DNA of 64,000 nucleotides from an uncultured delta proteobacterium (GTDB lineage Bacteria; Myxococcota_A; Polyangia; Polyangiales; Polyangiaceae), in assembly GCA_963850305.1 (NCBI GenBank), contig CAWKKR010000007.1, forward strand, positions 448,001-512,000. Direction: 5' to 3'. Below are positions 1-10,904 of this stretch, piece by piece. The position numbers were made by a program, and so were the translations under genes. Numbering within the stretch: position 1 is the stretch's first letter; each line of letters begins with the position of its first letter. The notes below the pieces were generated by a model. The model did no database searches. It was not told the DNA's origin and was given only the letters and a program-made list of their open reading frames with translations.

Positions 1-552
1 CTCGCGGCGGGGCGGGTGTACGCAGATCAGCGGGAGCAATGCCTCGCCGCGTACGACGCGATCCGGATCGGGCCTGCGGTGGAGCGCATCCTCATCCATC
101 TGGATCGGCAAAGTCCACCGAGCACCTTCGATACCTACGGGCCTCGTGTCGTTCCCTTCTACAATTATCTTCAGGCCGCGTTCGTCCTGGCTGAAGACGG
201 CTGGCTCGGCGGTGCTGCGATCATGGACGTCGCGACCGTCCTCTCGCAGCGGTACCGCTTCGACGGCGAAGCACTGGGACGAAGTTACCTCGACCTTCTG
301 CGCCGGGGGCACGCCCGCGGCACCATCTTGCCGCTCCTCCGGGAAGGGCTGGCGGTCGTCAACGAGAGCTCTGCCGCACCGCAGGTCTCCATGCCCCTCG
401 TCGAAATGACGGCCCTGGTGGAGGGGTATTTGCGCCGTGCGCCCGTCGAGGCAGGTGGCAGTCGAGTCTCGCGCGGAGCGGACTACGTCGAGCTTGCGTC
501 TCGTCATCAGGGTGGCAAGAATAGAAAACGAATTCAAAGGCTTACTGGGTAA
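1..552 (+). CDS. Hypothetical protein, probably 5'-truncated by the window edge
   Basis: Frame is open from base 1 to TAA 552; no family recognised. Confidence 0.55.
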   Translation, partial: LAAGRVYADQREQCLAAYDAIRIGPAVERILIHLDRQSPPSTFDTYGPRVVPFYNYLQAAFVLAEDGWLGGAAIMDVATVLSQRYRFDGEALGRSYLDLLRRGHARGTILPLLREGLAVVNESSAAPQVSMPLVEMTALVEGYLRRAPVEAGGSRVSRGADYVELASRHQGGKNRKRIQRLTG

Positions 553-705
553 GCCAGAACGGTCCAACCTGGGCCGACGCAATCTGGCAGAAGACCGCGG
601 AGGCCGCGTTTTTCCGGGGAGCCCAGCCGCCGGAGTTCCGCTAGGCTCCCTCGCGCGCTAAGTACTGATTTCCTATCTTTTGACCGAAAGCTCCGGGGTC
701 GCGAA

Positions 706-1311
706 GTGGACAGCGATCTGGCCGAGTCTGTAGCTGCACTGAAGTCGTCGTTCGAGTCTCGCGGGCTCGCGCTGCGCTTTGGCAAGGCTGATCCGGCGCT
801 CGTCCGGGCCCTCCATCAGAAACTCCGGGTACCGCGCCGTTTCCGAGACTTCCTCTCCGAGTGCGATCCTCTGAGCGTGGAGGCCGTCACGCCGGCCGAG
901 CAGATCCAGCTGCTCGCTTCGACGGAACTCGAGGCGGCGCAAAAGGGGTTCGCGCTGTCCCTGGACGGCGAGCCCATTTCGGCGCCGTCGCCGAACGGGT
1001 GGCGGCCGGCGTGGATCATCATCGCCCAGAGCGGTCTCCTCGGAGATCCGTATTTTCTCGACACGTCGAAGCCGGACGCCGAGGGCGACTGTCCCGTCTA
1101 CACAGCCATGAGCGGCACGGATACCTGGCAGCCGAAGCTCTGCGCGTCCACCTTTGCGTTGTTCCTGCGGATCCTGGCGATCGGCATGGAGGTCGCGAAG
1201 GGGTTTTCGCACGACTACGACGTGGACAACGAGCAGGTGTTTCGCGAAGCGATCGGCCCCAGGATCCGAGAATACGATCCGGCCGCCTTGAAGGCTGGTC
1301 ATTGGACCTGA
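706..1311 (+). CDS. SMI1/KNR4 (SUKH)-family protein
   Basis: LRVPRRFRDFL motif, WIIIAQ-GDPYFLD strand pair, ASTFALFL C-terminal helix. Confidence 0.75.
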   Translation: MDSDLAESVAALKSSFESRGLALRFGKADPALVRALHQKLRVPRRFRDFLSECDPLSVEAVTPAEQIQLLASTELEAAQKGFALSLDGEPISAPSPNGWRPAWIIIAQSGLLGDPYFLDTSKPDAEGDCPVYTAMSGTDTWQPKLCASTFALFLRILAIGMEVAKGFSHDYDVDNEQVFREAIGPRIREYDPAALKAGHWT

Positions 1312-1322
1312 GGGCCACCGGC

Positions 1323-2612
1323 ATGCTGCTTTCCGTCGCCCGCGAGGGCACTCCAATCTTCGAAGAGACGCTCCGCCGCCTCGAACGGCGCGGCGAAGCC
1401 GACCTGGAACGCGTCGAGACCACCGTGCGCGAGGTACTCCGCGAGGTGCGCGCCCGAGGTGACGCCGCGGTTCGTGCCTTCGTCGAGCAGTTCGAGAATC
1501 GGCGCGTCGAGACGCTCCTTCGCTCCGAGTACGATGGTCAGGAAGCGCTCGAGTCGCTGCCGAAGGAAGTTCGCGAGGCGCTCCTCGAAGCGGCACGGCG
1601 CATTCGTCGCTACCACGAACGGCAGCTCGAGGACCTCGTGAGCTTCGAATACGAGGAGGAGGGTGTGCTCCTCGGGAGTCGCGTGCGGCCGCTCGCGAAG
1701 GTTGGCGTCTACGTCCCGGGTGGCAAGGCGAAGTACCCTTCGAGCGTCTTGATGTCGGCGATCCCCGCGAGCGTCGCCGGGGCGGCCTTCATCATCGTCG
1801 CCACACCCTCGGCGGGTCCGGAAGTGCGCGCGGCGTGTCACCTGGCGGGCGTCCACGCGCTTCTCGACGCGGGTGGCGCCCAGGCGATCGCCGCGCTGGC
1901 ATACGGGACCGAGACGCTGCCTCGAGTGGACAAGATCGTCGGGCCGGGGAACCTCTACGTTGCCGCAGCCAAGCGTCTCGTCTTCGGCGAAGTGGACATC
2001 GATAGCATCGCGGGGCCGAGCGAGATCCTCGTCGTGGCCGACGAGGAAGCGGATCCGGCCATCATCGCGGCCGATCTCCTCTCTCAGGCCGAACACGACG
2101 AAGCCGCGTATCCGCTCCTCCTGTGCACGAACGCTGCCCTCGTCGAAGCCGTGGATCGCGAACTCGCTGAACAACTGGCGACGTTGCCGCGACGCGCGAT
2201 CGCCGAGGCATCGGTGAAGTCGCAGGGATACGCGCTGGTGGTCGGTTCCCGCGGCGCGCTCGCGGACGTCGCGAATCGCCTCGCCGTCGAACACGTCGCG
2301 CTGCACGTGGAAGAGCCCGACGATTTCGCGGACCAGATCGATCGAGCCGGGGCAATCTTCGTCGGAGACTGGACGCCGGAGGCCGCGGGCGACTATCTCG
2401 CCGGGCCGTCGCACGTGCTCCCGACGGGCGGCGCCGCACGCTACGGCGCGCCGCTCGGCGTGTATGATTTCGTCTCGCGCACGTCGATCATTCGCTACGA
2501 CCACGCGGCGCTCGGAGCCCAGGCTCGTAGCATCACCGCACTCGCCCGCGTCGAGGGGCTCGAAGCTCACGCCCGCGCGGTCGAAGCACGCTCGAGACCC
2601 CGCCGCAGCTGA
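1323..2612 (+). CDS. hisD: Histidinol dehydrogenase
   Basis: VGVYVPGGKAKYPSSVLM, DKIVGPGN, AGPSEILVVAD, DLLSQAEHD, GDYLAGPSHVLPT. Confidence 0.97.
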   Translation: MLLSVAREGTPIFEETLRRLERRGEADLERVETTVREVLREVRARGDAAVRAFVEQFENRRVETLLRSEYDGQEALESLPKEVREALLEAARRIRRYHERQLEDLVSFEYEEEGVLLGSRVRPLAKVGVYVPGGKAKYPSSVLMSAIPASVAGAAFIIVATPSAGPEVRAACHLAGVHALLDAGGAQAIAALAYGTETLPRVDKIVGPGNLYVAAAKRLVFGEVDIDSIAGPSEILVVADEEADPAIIAADLLSQAEHDEAAYPLLLCTNAALVEAVDRELAEQLATLPRRAIAEASVKSQGYALVVGSRGALADVANRLAVEHVALHVEEPDDFADQIDRAGAIFVGDWTPEAAGDYLAGPSHVLPTGGAARYGAPLGVYDFVSRTSIIRYDHAALGAQARSITALARVEGLEAHARAVEARSRPRRS

Positions 2613-2650
2613 GCCAGCGTGTCTCGATCGGGATCCCCCGAAAACGAGCC

Positions 2651-3640
2651 TCACGTCTTTTTCAGGTAGCCCTTTTCCACGAGTCCGGCGACGGTCAAGG
2701 TCACGTCGAGGTCCGTCTGTGACGAGCCGTCCAGCACCGCGCGAAAGGTGGCGCCGTTCAGCACCGCCTGAACGACGTCGAGCTCGGGCGGTGAAAGATC
2801 GCGCAGTGGCTTCGAAAGTGGGAGCAGAAGCTCGAGCCGTGCGTCGAGGGCCGGCAGCTTGCCCTTGATGTGCTCGAACTCGTCGCGTTGACGGAAGCCC
2901 TCCATTAAGACTTCTTGCACGGATGCGTTGAGCGGGGACTCGAACTTCCGCGTGGTCGGGGGCTCGAGCTCGAACGAGCCCGTCTCCCACGACAGCATTC
3001 GGTAGAACGCCTTGAGCGGCGCGAGCGCGGTCTCCTTGCCGCTTCGCTCGACCGTCACGTAGTGGATGAGCCCCTGGTCGAGAAAGATTCGCCCGACGTC
3101 GGCGGCGGACTCCACGACGAGCACGCCGGACTTTCGCGACGTGCCGAACAGTTGGAGCAAATCCGGAAGCGGGATCTCTTCGATGCTCCCGCGCATGCGG
3201 CTCTCGTTGCTCTCTGCAGATCGGCGAGGCGGCGCCGGCTTGGGAACCGTCAGGTTCTCGTTCCGGCGCGTGTTCGGCGGCGCGGCTTCGTCGGACGCGA
3301 CGATCACCTTGAGAATGTTGCTGCCGATGAGGACGCGGTCGCCCTCCTTCAGCCAGCCCTTGACGATGCGCTCGCCGTTCACGAACGTGCCGTTCGTCGA
3401 CCCGAGATCCTCTATTTGAATCTTGCCGTCCCGCAGCTCGATCTTCGCGTGCTTCCGCGAAACCATTTCCTCGACCAGGACCATGTCGAGGTCGCTCGAT
3501 CGCCCGACGACGATGGGACGATTCTCGTCGATCGGAAACTCCCCTCCCTGGTACTTCCCCGAGATGAACCGGAGAGCTAACCGGGTTCGGGACGAACCTT
3601 TCAGAGGAGCCGCAGGCATTCCAAGGGGATCTTGCATCAC
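2651..3640 (-). CDS. FHA domain + DUF4388 protein
   Basis: FHA motifs GR, VSRKHA, DLGSTNGTFVNG; C-terminal MRGSIEEIPLPDLLQ...KSGVL. Confidence 0.88.
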   Translation of the reverse strand: MMQDPLGMPAAPLKGSSRTRLALRFISGKYQGGEFPIDENRPIVVGRSSDLDMVLVEEMVSRKHAKIELRDGKIQIEDLGSTNGTFVNGERIVKGWLKEGDRVLIGSNILKVIVASDEAAPPNTRRNENLTVPKPAPPRRSAESNESRMRGSIEEIPLPDLLQLFGTSRKSGVLVVESAADVGRIFLDQGLIHYVTVERSGKETALAPLKAFYRMLSWETGSFELEPPTTRKFESPLNASVQEVLMEGFRQRDEFEHIKGKLPALDARLELLLPLSKPLRDLSPPELDVVQAVLNGATFRAVLDGSSQTDLDVTLTVAGLVEKGYLKKT

Positions 3641-3775
3641 AGCTTATCCCGAGACTTCGACACTAAAGCATCGCGCGCGATCCCAGGACAGAATCGGGCC
3701 CGCGTTCGAGAGCCTCGACACGGGCGACGCCTCGCGGGCAAGGTGTCTAAAGATAGGATCCGGTTCAGGAAACGG

Positions 3776-5888
3776 TCAAGAACCACCGGAGTCCGGAGCC
3801 AGTTGAGCCGCTCCAGGCTCGGGCGCGATGGCGCGCGCGCTCGGTCCGGGCGTCTCGAAGACCGGTAAGAGGATAGTGAAGGACGCCCCGGAACCCGGTT
3901 GAGACAGGACCTCGATTCTACCGCCCATGGCCTGGACCATCCGCTGGCTGATGGCGAGTCCGAGCCCGGTTCCTCGCGGTTTTGTCGTGAAGAAGGGTAC
4001 GAACAAGTGGTCGATGACCTCCTGCGGGATGCCTGGCCCTCGATCGGCGATGGCGATCTCGACGTAGCCCGAACCCTTGGGAGCAGGGCGCCTCCGCGTG
4101 GTGACGGTCACCTCGCCGGCCCCGCCCATGGCCTCCTCGGCATTGTTGACCAGATTCATGAGGACCTGCCGGAGCTGCTCTTCGTCGACCCGGACCGGCG
4201 GCAGGTCCTCGGAGGTCTGGAGCACGCGGCGGGTCGCCTGATCGCGGCTCGAGCCGATCACCTGGAGCGTCCGGCGGACCGCGGCGTTCACGTCCACCGA
4301 TCCCGGATTGCCCTTCGACGGACGGCCATAGTCGAGCACCGAGCGGACCACGCGGTCGAGCCTGTCGACCTCCTCGAGGATGATGCCGACGAACTCTTCG
4401 GTCGAAGCATCGAGCTCGCGCCCGTCAGCAGGCTCGCCGAGGAGCTGCGCGGCACCCTTGATCGCGCCGAGCGGATTTTTTACTTCGTGCGCGAGCCCGG
4501 CGGCCATCTGCCCGAGCGCAGCGAGACGGTCGCGTTCCTGGAGCCGGCGGTACTGGCGCGAGTTCTCCACCACGACGCCGATCTGAAGGGCGAGAGACTC
4601 CACGAGCACGACATCGTCCCCGCTGAAGGCATCGCTGACGCGATCGTCCACCAGGATGAGCATGCCGAGCAGCTCGCCGGACTCCGAGCGAATGCCGAAG
4701 CAAGCGCCTCCCTTGAACGCTTCGAGCAGCTCCGCCGCCGCGAGTAATCGCTCTTCGGCGTCGGCCTTACGGCCCTGTCGCCGCTGTTCGGCGACCTCGG
4801 CGGCGACGCTCTCGAGCACGACCGACGTCGCGGCGAGACGGTCCACCAGCGGGCGGATTGCAGCCCAGTCGAGCCGCGCAGGCGGACGTGGTCCGAACGA
4901 GTCAGCGAGCTCGAAGTCGAGTCCGACGGGATCCCGGAGGTAGAGCGCCGCGCCCGTCGCGCGGTGGGAATCTGCGAGCGCCGCGATGACGACCTCGGGC
5001 ATTTCGTCGACCTTGAGCACGTGGACGAGCGCCGAGCGCGCGCGCGTCACGGCGCGCTCCAGGTCCACCCGCTCGCGAAAGGCGCGATGGATGTACGCGC
5101 CGACTTTGTCGCGCAGCGGCTCGAACAGCGTCAGCATGCCGATCGCGGCCAGGATCGCGTTCAGGTACATCGTCTGGAAGCCGCCGATGAGCTCCGCGAA
5201 CACGTAAAAGATGCCCGCGAGGGCGAACGCCACCGCAGTCGACACCATGGCACGACCGAGCATCTCGTACAGATCGAGCAGCCGCTCGCGGATGAGCGAC
5301 TCCGCCAGCACGTAGAGGAACACGATGCTCAACACCTCGCCGACCGGCGGCAGCGGCGCGCCGATGAACCAGAGAAAGTCCGCCAGGCTGAAGAGCGTCG
5401 CCGCGGCGCCGATGATCACGAGGAATCGGACGCGACGTTGCAATGCGCGGGAACGACTGCGCGACCCCCGGACCCACAGAGACCAGAGTCCCGCCGCGAT
5501 CAGACCCGAACACGTAAAGGAACACCAGCCCGCGCGCGACTCCGCTCGCGTGATAGGGCGAGAGGATCAGCAGCACCGCTGGAACGGCCAGGACCCCCGC
5601 GACGCGCAGGAGCAGGGATCTGCCCGTCTGCCGTGGAAAGATCGATTCGAACAGATGCAGCGCAAACTGCGGCAGAAGAATCGCGAGCACGGCCGTGAAG
5701 CGCCACCAGAGGAGCGCTTGGTGCACGAAGTGGTACAGCCATTGCGCGAGGTACCAGAGCCCCATGTCGAGCGAGAACAGGCCAAAGAAAATCTGAGCGC
5801 GCCCCGTCCGTCCCCGAAGAAGGATGGATACCGCTATGATGACCGCGAGGGCCCCGCACAGGAGCGATGTCCGGGTCCGCAGGTCCAC
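3776..5888 (-). CDS. Multi-TM sensor histidine kinase with GAF domain (apparent +1 frameshift ~5505)
   Basis: H-box LAHEVKNPL, N-box NLVNNA, DRGPGI, PFFTTK, GTGLGL; the TM N-terminus is in ORF 4902..5888; removing one base gives 704 codons. Confidence 0.9.
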
Positions 5889-6007
5889 GCGGCAAGCGTA
5901 GCAGCAGCGCGGGGCCGGCAGGGCCCCGCGCCCATGACACCGTACCCGGGGGGTCGGTGCCCCCGCGCGTTTGCCCTTCCGCGGCCCCTGTAATAAACGT
6001 CGCCATC

Positions 6008-7039
6008 GTGGGAAAGGCGCGAGCCGGAAGACCTCTGGGTCGGTTTACGCAGCACCGGCGGCTCGACAAGCTAAGGGACATCCTGGAGCGGCATCCCCGA
6101 GGGCTCGAACTCGAGGAACTGGCGAGTGCACTCTCGGTGACGACCCGGAGCATTCGCCGATATTTGAAGGAGATGGAGCGGGAATACGAGCTCGAAGCCG
6201 TACCGGTCCGCGGCGGGGGACCGTTGCTGTGGCGGATTCGCGCCGGCGAGATTCCGCGAAAAGTCGAGCTACGAAGGACGCAGGCGTACGCGCTGCTGGC
6301 CGCGAGGCGCGTCTTCAACCCGCTCCGCGGGTCCGCCCTGTTCGAGGAGATCGATCTCGCGGTGAACAAGCTGCTCGCCGTCGCGCAGCGACCCGGGCGG
6401 GGTCCGAACGCCGGCATAGCGGACGCACGCCTCGAGGAGCGGTTCCTCTATTTGCCGTTCGCGCCGAAGAACTACGCCGAAAAAACCGACGAGCTGGACG
6501 ATCTGTTCCAGTCCGTTTCCGATCTTCGTCCACTCACGTTGCTCTACAGGAGCGCCGGCAAGGAGCGCGAAGAACGGATCACGATTCACCCATATGCGAT
6601 GGTCCTGCACCGGGATTCGATCTACTGCGTCGGTCATCACGTGGGGCGCGGCGAGGTCCGCACGTTTTTGCTCGATCGCATGCGCGACACGCAAGCCGCG
6701 GCCACGGAACGCTTCGAGCTGCCACCGGATTTCGTCATAGACGACTATTTCCAGGGCGAGTTCGGGATCTGGAAGAGCTCGGAGCGGCACCGGGTGGTCA
6801 TCGACTTCGACGCGCAGGTGGCGGAGTACGTCCGCATGCGCCGCGTGCATCCCACTCAGAAGCTCGCCGCGACGGCGGGCGGCATTCGCCTCACCATGTC
6901 CGTCGGCAGCCTGACGGAGCTCACGAGCTGGGTTCTCGAATGGGGTCAGCGTGCCCGCGTCATCGAACCGCCCGAGCTCGCGGAGCGCGTCAAGGCCGAG
7001 CTCGAGGGCGCGCTCAAGGGTTACGCGAAGAGGACGTGA
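6008..7039 (+). CDS. HTH-WYL-WCX transcriptional regulator (PafB/YafY-like)
   Basis: ELASALSVTTRSIRRYL HTH; IHPY...YCVGH...RTFLLDRM WYL domain; WVLEWG...VIEPPEL; start codon uncertain. Confidence 0.9.
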   Translation: MGKARAGRPLGRFTQHRRLDKLRDILERHPRGLELEELASALSVTTRSIRRYLKEMEREYELEAVPVRGGGPLLWRIRAGEIPRKVELRRTQAYALLAARRVFNPLRGSALFEEIDLAVNKLLAVAQRPGRGPNAGIADARLEERFLYLPFAPKNYAEKTDELDDLFQSVSDLRPLTLLYRSAGKEREERITIHPYAMVLHRDSIYCVGHHVGRGEVRTFLLDRMRDTQAAATERFELPPDFVIDDYFQGEFGIWKSSERHRVVIDFDAQVAEYVRMRRVHPTQKLAATAGGIRLTMSVGSLTELTSWVLEWGQRARVIEPPELAERVKAELEGALKGYAKRT

Positions 7040-7640
7040 GCGAAGCGTCGCGATAGTACTTGTAGTACTCGAGCACCTTCACCACGTATTGGCGCGTCTC
7101 TTCGTAGGGCGGGATGCCGCCGTATTGCATGACGGCGTTCTCTCCTGCGTTGTAGCCCGCGAGGGTCAGCTGGATGTCACCGTTGAAGAGATTCGCCAGC
7201 ACGCGCAGGTAGCGTACGCCGCCAAAGATATTCTGCCGTGGATCGAACACGTCGCTCACGAGCATCCGCTCCGCCGTCTCCGGCATGAGCTGCATCAGGC
7301 CACGCGCGTTCGTCCGCGAGACCGCGCGGGGGTCGAAGCCGCTCTCGACCCGGATCACCGCGCGGACCAGCTGCTCCGGGATCTGGTAAAGCGCCGCAGC
7401 CTGGTGGATGACATCGTCGTAACGCGAGGCGCCGCCGAACGCGAAGTCTCCCGAGCTCGGCTTCGGGGGATCCGGCACCCGAGCGTACAGCTTCCCCTTC
7501 TTGTGCGTGTTCGTGAAGCTGATGACCCCGTTCGGGCTCACGGTCTCGTAAATGTCCGCGCGACTCGCCGCCGGCGCGAGCACGAGCGCGGCGCCGCAAA
7601 GCAGAGAAGCCCGAACTCGCGAAGACAGGAATCGACCCAT
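7014..7640 (-). CDS. Secreted lytic transglycosylase (SLT domain)
   Basis: AVIRVESGF, ARGLMQLMP, LAGYNAG, GGIPPYEET; signal-peptide-like N-terminus. Confidence 0.92.
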   Translation of the reverse strand: MGRFLSSRVRASLLCGAALVLAPAASRADIYETVSPNGVISFTNTHKKGKLYARVPDPPKPSSGDFAFGGASRYDDVIHQAAALYQIPEQLVRAVIRVESGFDPRAVSRTNARGLMQLMPETAERMLVSDVFDPRQNIFGGVRYLRVLANLFNGDIQLTLAGYNAGENAVMQYGGIPPYEETRQYVVKVLEYYKYYRDASLTSSSRNP

Positions 7641-7756
7641 AAGACGCCGCCCAGATGTTACCCGTGACTCCCCCAAGAACGCCACTCGACGGCCGTCCAT
7701 TCGCTTTCCACTACAACACATCGATAACCGAGTTCCGGGATTGGAAGCGGTTTTTG

Positions 7757-7883
7757 GGCGGAGGGGGTGAAGGCGAAGACGGCATGGTCAGCTAGGCGGG
7801 TGAGGCGCGGAAGCGTGCGCATGCACGCTGAGCACCGAGAGCGCCTAGAGGGCCGTGCCCTCGAAGCCAGCACCCCCTCCGCC
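7757..7883. repeat. ~127-nt palindromic intergenic element, copy A
   Basis: 13-bp terminal inverted repeat GGCGGAGGGGGTG/CACCCCCTCCGCC; 24-nt core identical to the copies at 25745 and 25871. Confidence 0.85.
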
Positions 7884-7888
7884 GCAGT

Positions 7889-9863
7889 TCAGTCGTCGGC
7901 GGTCAGATACGTATAGCTACCGAGCGCTTGCTCGTAATGCCGGAGGAGAAGACGCATCTGTTCCAGCGTGATCTTGCCGCCGCCGAGGGCGGCTTCGGCC
8001 TGTTCGCGCACCGATTCCATCATGCCCTCGGGCGTGTGCGCGACCGAGCGCAGCACCTCGGACATGCTGTCTCCGCGAATGACGTGGGTCACCTTGTAGC
8101 CGCCGTCGCTCAGCCGGACGTGGACGGCGTTGGTGTCGCCGAAGAGATTATGAAGGTCGCCTAGGATCTCCTGATACGCGCCGTTCAGGAACATCGCGAG
8201 GAAATAGGAGTCGCCCTGGCTATAGGCGTGCACGTCGAGCGTGCTCTTCGTATCCTCGACGTCGATGAAGTGATCGATGACCCCGTCGCTGTCGCACGTC
8301 AGATCTGCGAGCGTCGCGCGCACGGTCGGCTCTTCGCCGAGCCGCTGGATCGGCATGATGGGGAAGAGCTGATCGATCGCCCATGAGTCCGGCGCGGACT
8401 GGAACACCGAGAAGTTGCAGTAGTAGATGGTGCCCATCGCGCGCTCGATGTCCTGGAGTTCTTCCGGGACGAACCTGAACCGGCGCACCGTGTCGCGGAT
8501 CTTCTCGCAGCAGTTCCAGTACAGGCGCTCCGCCTGAGCACGCTCGCGCAGCGTCAAGTATCCATACTTGAACAGGTTCTGCGCCTCTTCCTTCATCTGA
8601 CTCGCGTCGTGCCACGACTCCTGCACGTTCTTTGGGCGGATCCCCCGATACGTGTCGAACAGCTCGCGGAGCACGCGGTGCGCGTCCGACTTCGGCTCCA
8701 GCGGCTGACCGAAGTGGATCTCGTTGGCGCCGACCACGTCGAAGATGAGCACGGATTGATGCGCCACGACGGCGCGGCCGCTCTCGCTCACGATGGTCGG
8801 ATTCGGGACGTCGCGCTTGCCGCACGCACTCTGGATCGTCGAGACCACGTCCGCGGCGTACTCATGGAGCGTGTAGTTCCGCGACGCGTGGAAGTCCGTC
8901 TTCGAACCGTCGTAGTCGATGGCGAGTCCGCCGCCGACGTCGAGGTATCCCATCGCGCAGCCCATCTTGGCGAGCTCGACGTAGATGTTCGCGGCTTCCT
9001 GGATCGCGTTCTTGACCGGAATGATGCTCGAGAATCTGGCTCCCGATGTGAAAGTGAAGCAGCTTGAGGCAGTCGAGCATGTTCTTTTCGGACAGCCGAT
9101 CGACGAGCTCCACGATCTGCGCCGTCGTCAGTCCGAACTTCGCGCGATCCCCGGCGGACTCCTTCCACCTTCCCATGCCCTTGCTCGCGAGTTTCGCGCG
9201 GACACCCAGGATGGGCCGAATGCCGAGGCGCTCGCTCGCCTTCAACACGAGGTCGAACTCCTCGATGCGTTCGAGGACGACGATGACGGTGCGATCGAAG
9301 CGCTGCGCGATGAGCGCGGTCTCGATGTACGTCAGGTCCTTGTAGCCGTTGCAGATGACCAGCCCGGACGAGTCGCGCATGAACGCGAGTGCGATGAGGA
9401 GCTCCGGCTTCGATCCGACTTCGAGCCCGAAGCTCCAGGGCTTCCCGAACTCCACCACCTCTTCCACGATGTGGCGCTGCTGGTTGACTTTGACCGGATA
9501 GACGCCGCGGTAAACGCCCTGATACTCGTACTCCTCGATCGCCTGCACGAAGGCTTCGTTGATCGAGCGAATGCGGTGCTGGAGGATCTCCGAGAAGCGC
9601 ACCAGGATCGGGAGCTCGATGCCGCGTGCCTGTAGATCGTGCGCGAGATCGTAGAGGTCGATCGCGCGCTCGCAATCCGGATCGGGCGTGACTTCGACGT
9701 GGCCCTTCTCGTTGATCGAGAAGTAGGGCGCTCCCCATCCTCGAATCTGATAGAGGTCAGCGCTTTGTCCGACGTCCCACTCCTGCGCGCCGTTCGGCTT
9801 GAGACGCCGAACGTTCGGACGGGTGGGAGGCGTCGGACGAACCTGCGGGGTCGGTCCTGCCAT
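7889..9863 (-). CDS. speA: Biosynthetic arginine decarboxylase (apparent +1 frameshift ~9033)
   Basis: YPVKVNQQ, GLEVGSKPEL, CNGYKD, HFHIGSQI, DVGGGL, ESGRA, DLTCDSDG, GAYQEILGDLHNLFGD across two frames; 658 codons when repaired. Confidence 0.95.
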
Positions 9864-9930
9864 GCGAAGCTACGCCAAGCATTCGCAGAACCAGGCGGAA
9901 ACGCAAGAGGGGATCGTCATCTCCGGAACC

Positions 9931-10903
9931 TCATCCCCAGAACTTCACGGGCAGCGCGGCGCGCTTGTACAAGGACAGGACGTCCATGCTGACGGCCACG
10001 CTGATGTGGACGAGGAAGCCGGCGTAGATGCTCCGCGTCCGCATCGCGAGGGAGCCGAGCACGATGCCGGCGATGATCGCACCGTTCGCCTCGAAATAAG
10101 GCTTCCCGAAGTGGATCATGCAGTAGGGGAGGGCCATCGCGAAGATGGCGCCGGAGCCCATCGTCCGCCGGAGCGCGCCGACCATCCACCCTCTGAAAAA
10201 CAGCTCGAGCGAGAAGAACTGGACCCAGTAGATCGCCTCCCAGAGCAGGAAGTCGAGCCAGCTTCGCGAGGCGCTCTTGTAAAACGGATAGTAGGACCCG
10301 AAGTCGGGCTGCGTCGAGACGAGGAGCATCAGTGGCACGACGATGCCGAGGCACGCTCCAGTAAATCCAGATGTGGTCCAGGAACCCACGCCCCCGGAGC
10401 CCCATGTCGAGCAGGCGATCCTCGGGGAAGAGCAGCTTCCAGAGCGGCAACGGCACGAGGACGTAGCCAATGAAACGCGCCATCACCCACCAGCCGTAGC
10501 CGAGGAGCTCGTCGTACTTGGCGACCTTGAACCACGGGTGGAGGACCGCGAACTGCTGGAGCGGTTCGCGCAGCACCTCGTCGTAGAACGGCCTGGCGCC
10601 GTAGTACTCCTGCATCGTCAAGACCGCCGCGACGATGACGAAGCAGGCGGCGGGCCGGTAATCCATCTTGCCGGCCGCGGCGAGCTCGGCCCGGTAGCGC
10701 GCGGCATCCGCGTCGAGCTCTCGCCAAGTGTCGCGGAAAAACCACCAGATGGGCCACGCGACCGCCGCGAGGATCGGCAGGGGGAGCAGCACCTTGAGCG
10801 GCGCGTACGAGAGCAGCGCATCGATACGGCTGATTTCCGGGATCTGCCGGACCGGGAGATCGAGGGGCAGCGGGCCGAGGGCGGTGGCGAGCGGCGCGAA
10901 CAA
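9931..10903 (-). CDS. CPBP/CAAX-type (Abi) intramembrane protease family protein (apparent frameshift ~10360)
   Basis: ELFFRG, YCMIHFGKP and GFLVH motifs; 324 codons when repaired; directly downstream of gltX. Confidence 0.85.
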
Positions 10904-10904
10904 T

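Noticed and set aside
553..705. Possible tRNA or ncRNA in this and other intergenic gaps (18830-18918, 22292-22444, 30580-30890)
   Set aside because: No cloverleaf, T-loop or other recognisable RNA signature by eye; a tRNAscan-SE or Infernal run would settle it.
6008..7039. WYL regulator as a marker of a phage-defence island
   Set aside because: Neighbours are a kinase, an SLT and speA; no defence or mobility genes, so it fits a housekeeping DNA-damage regulator.
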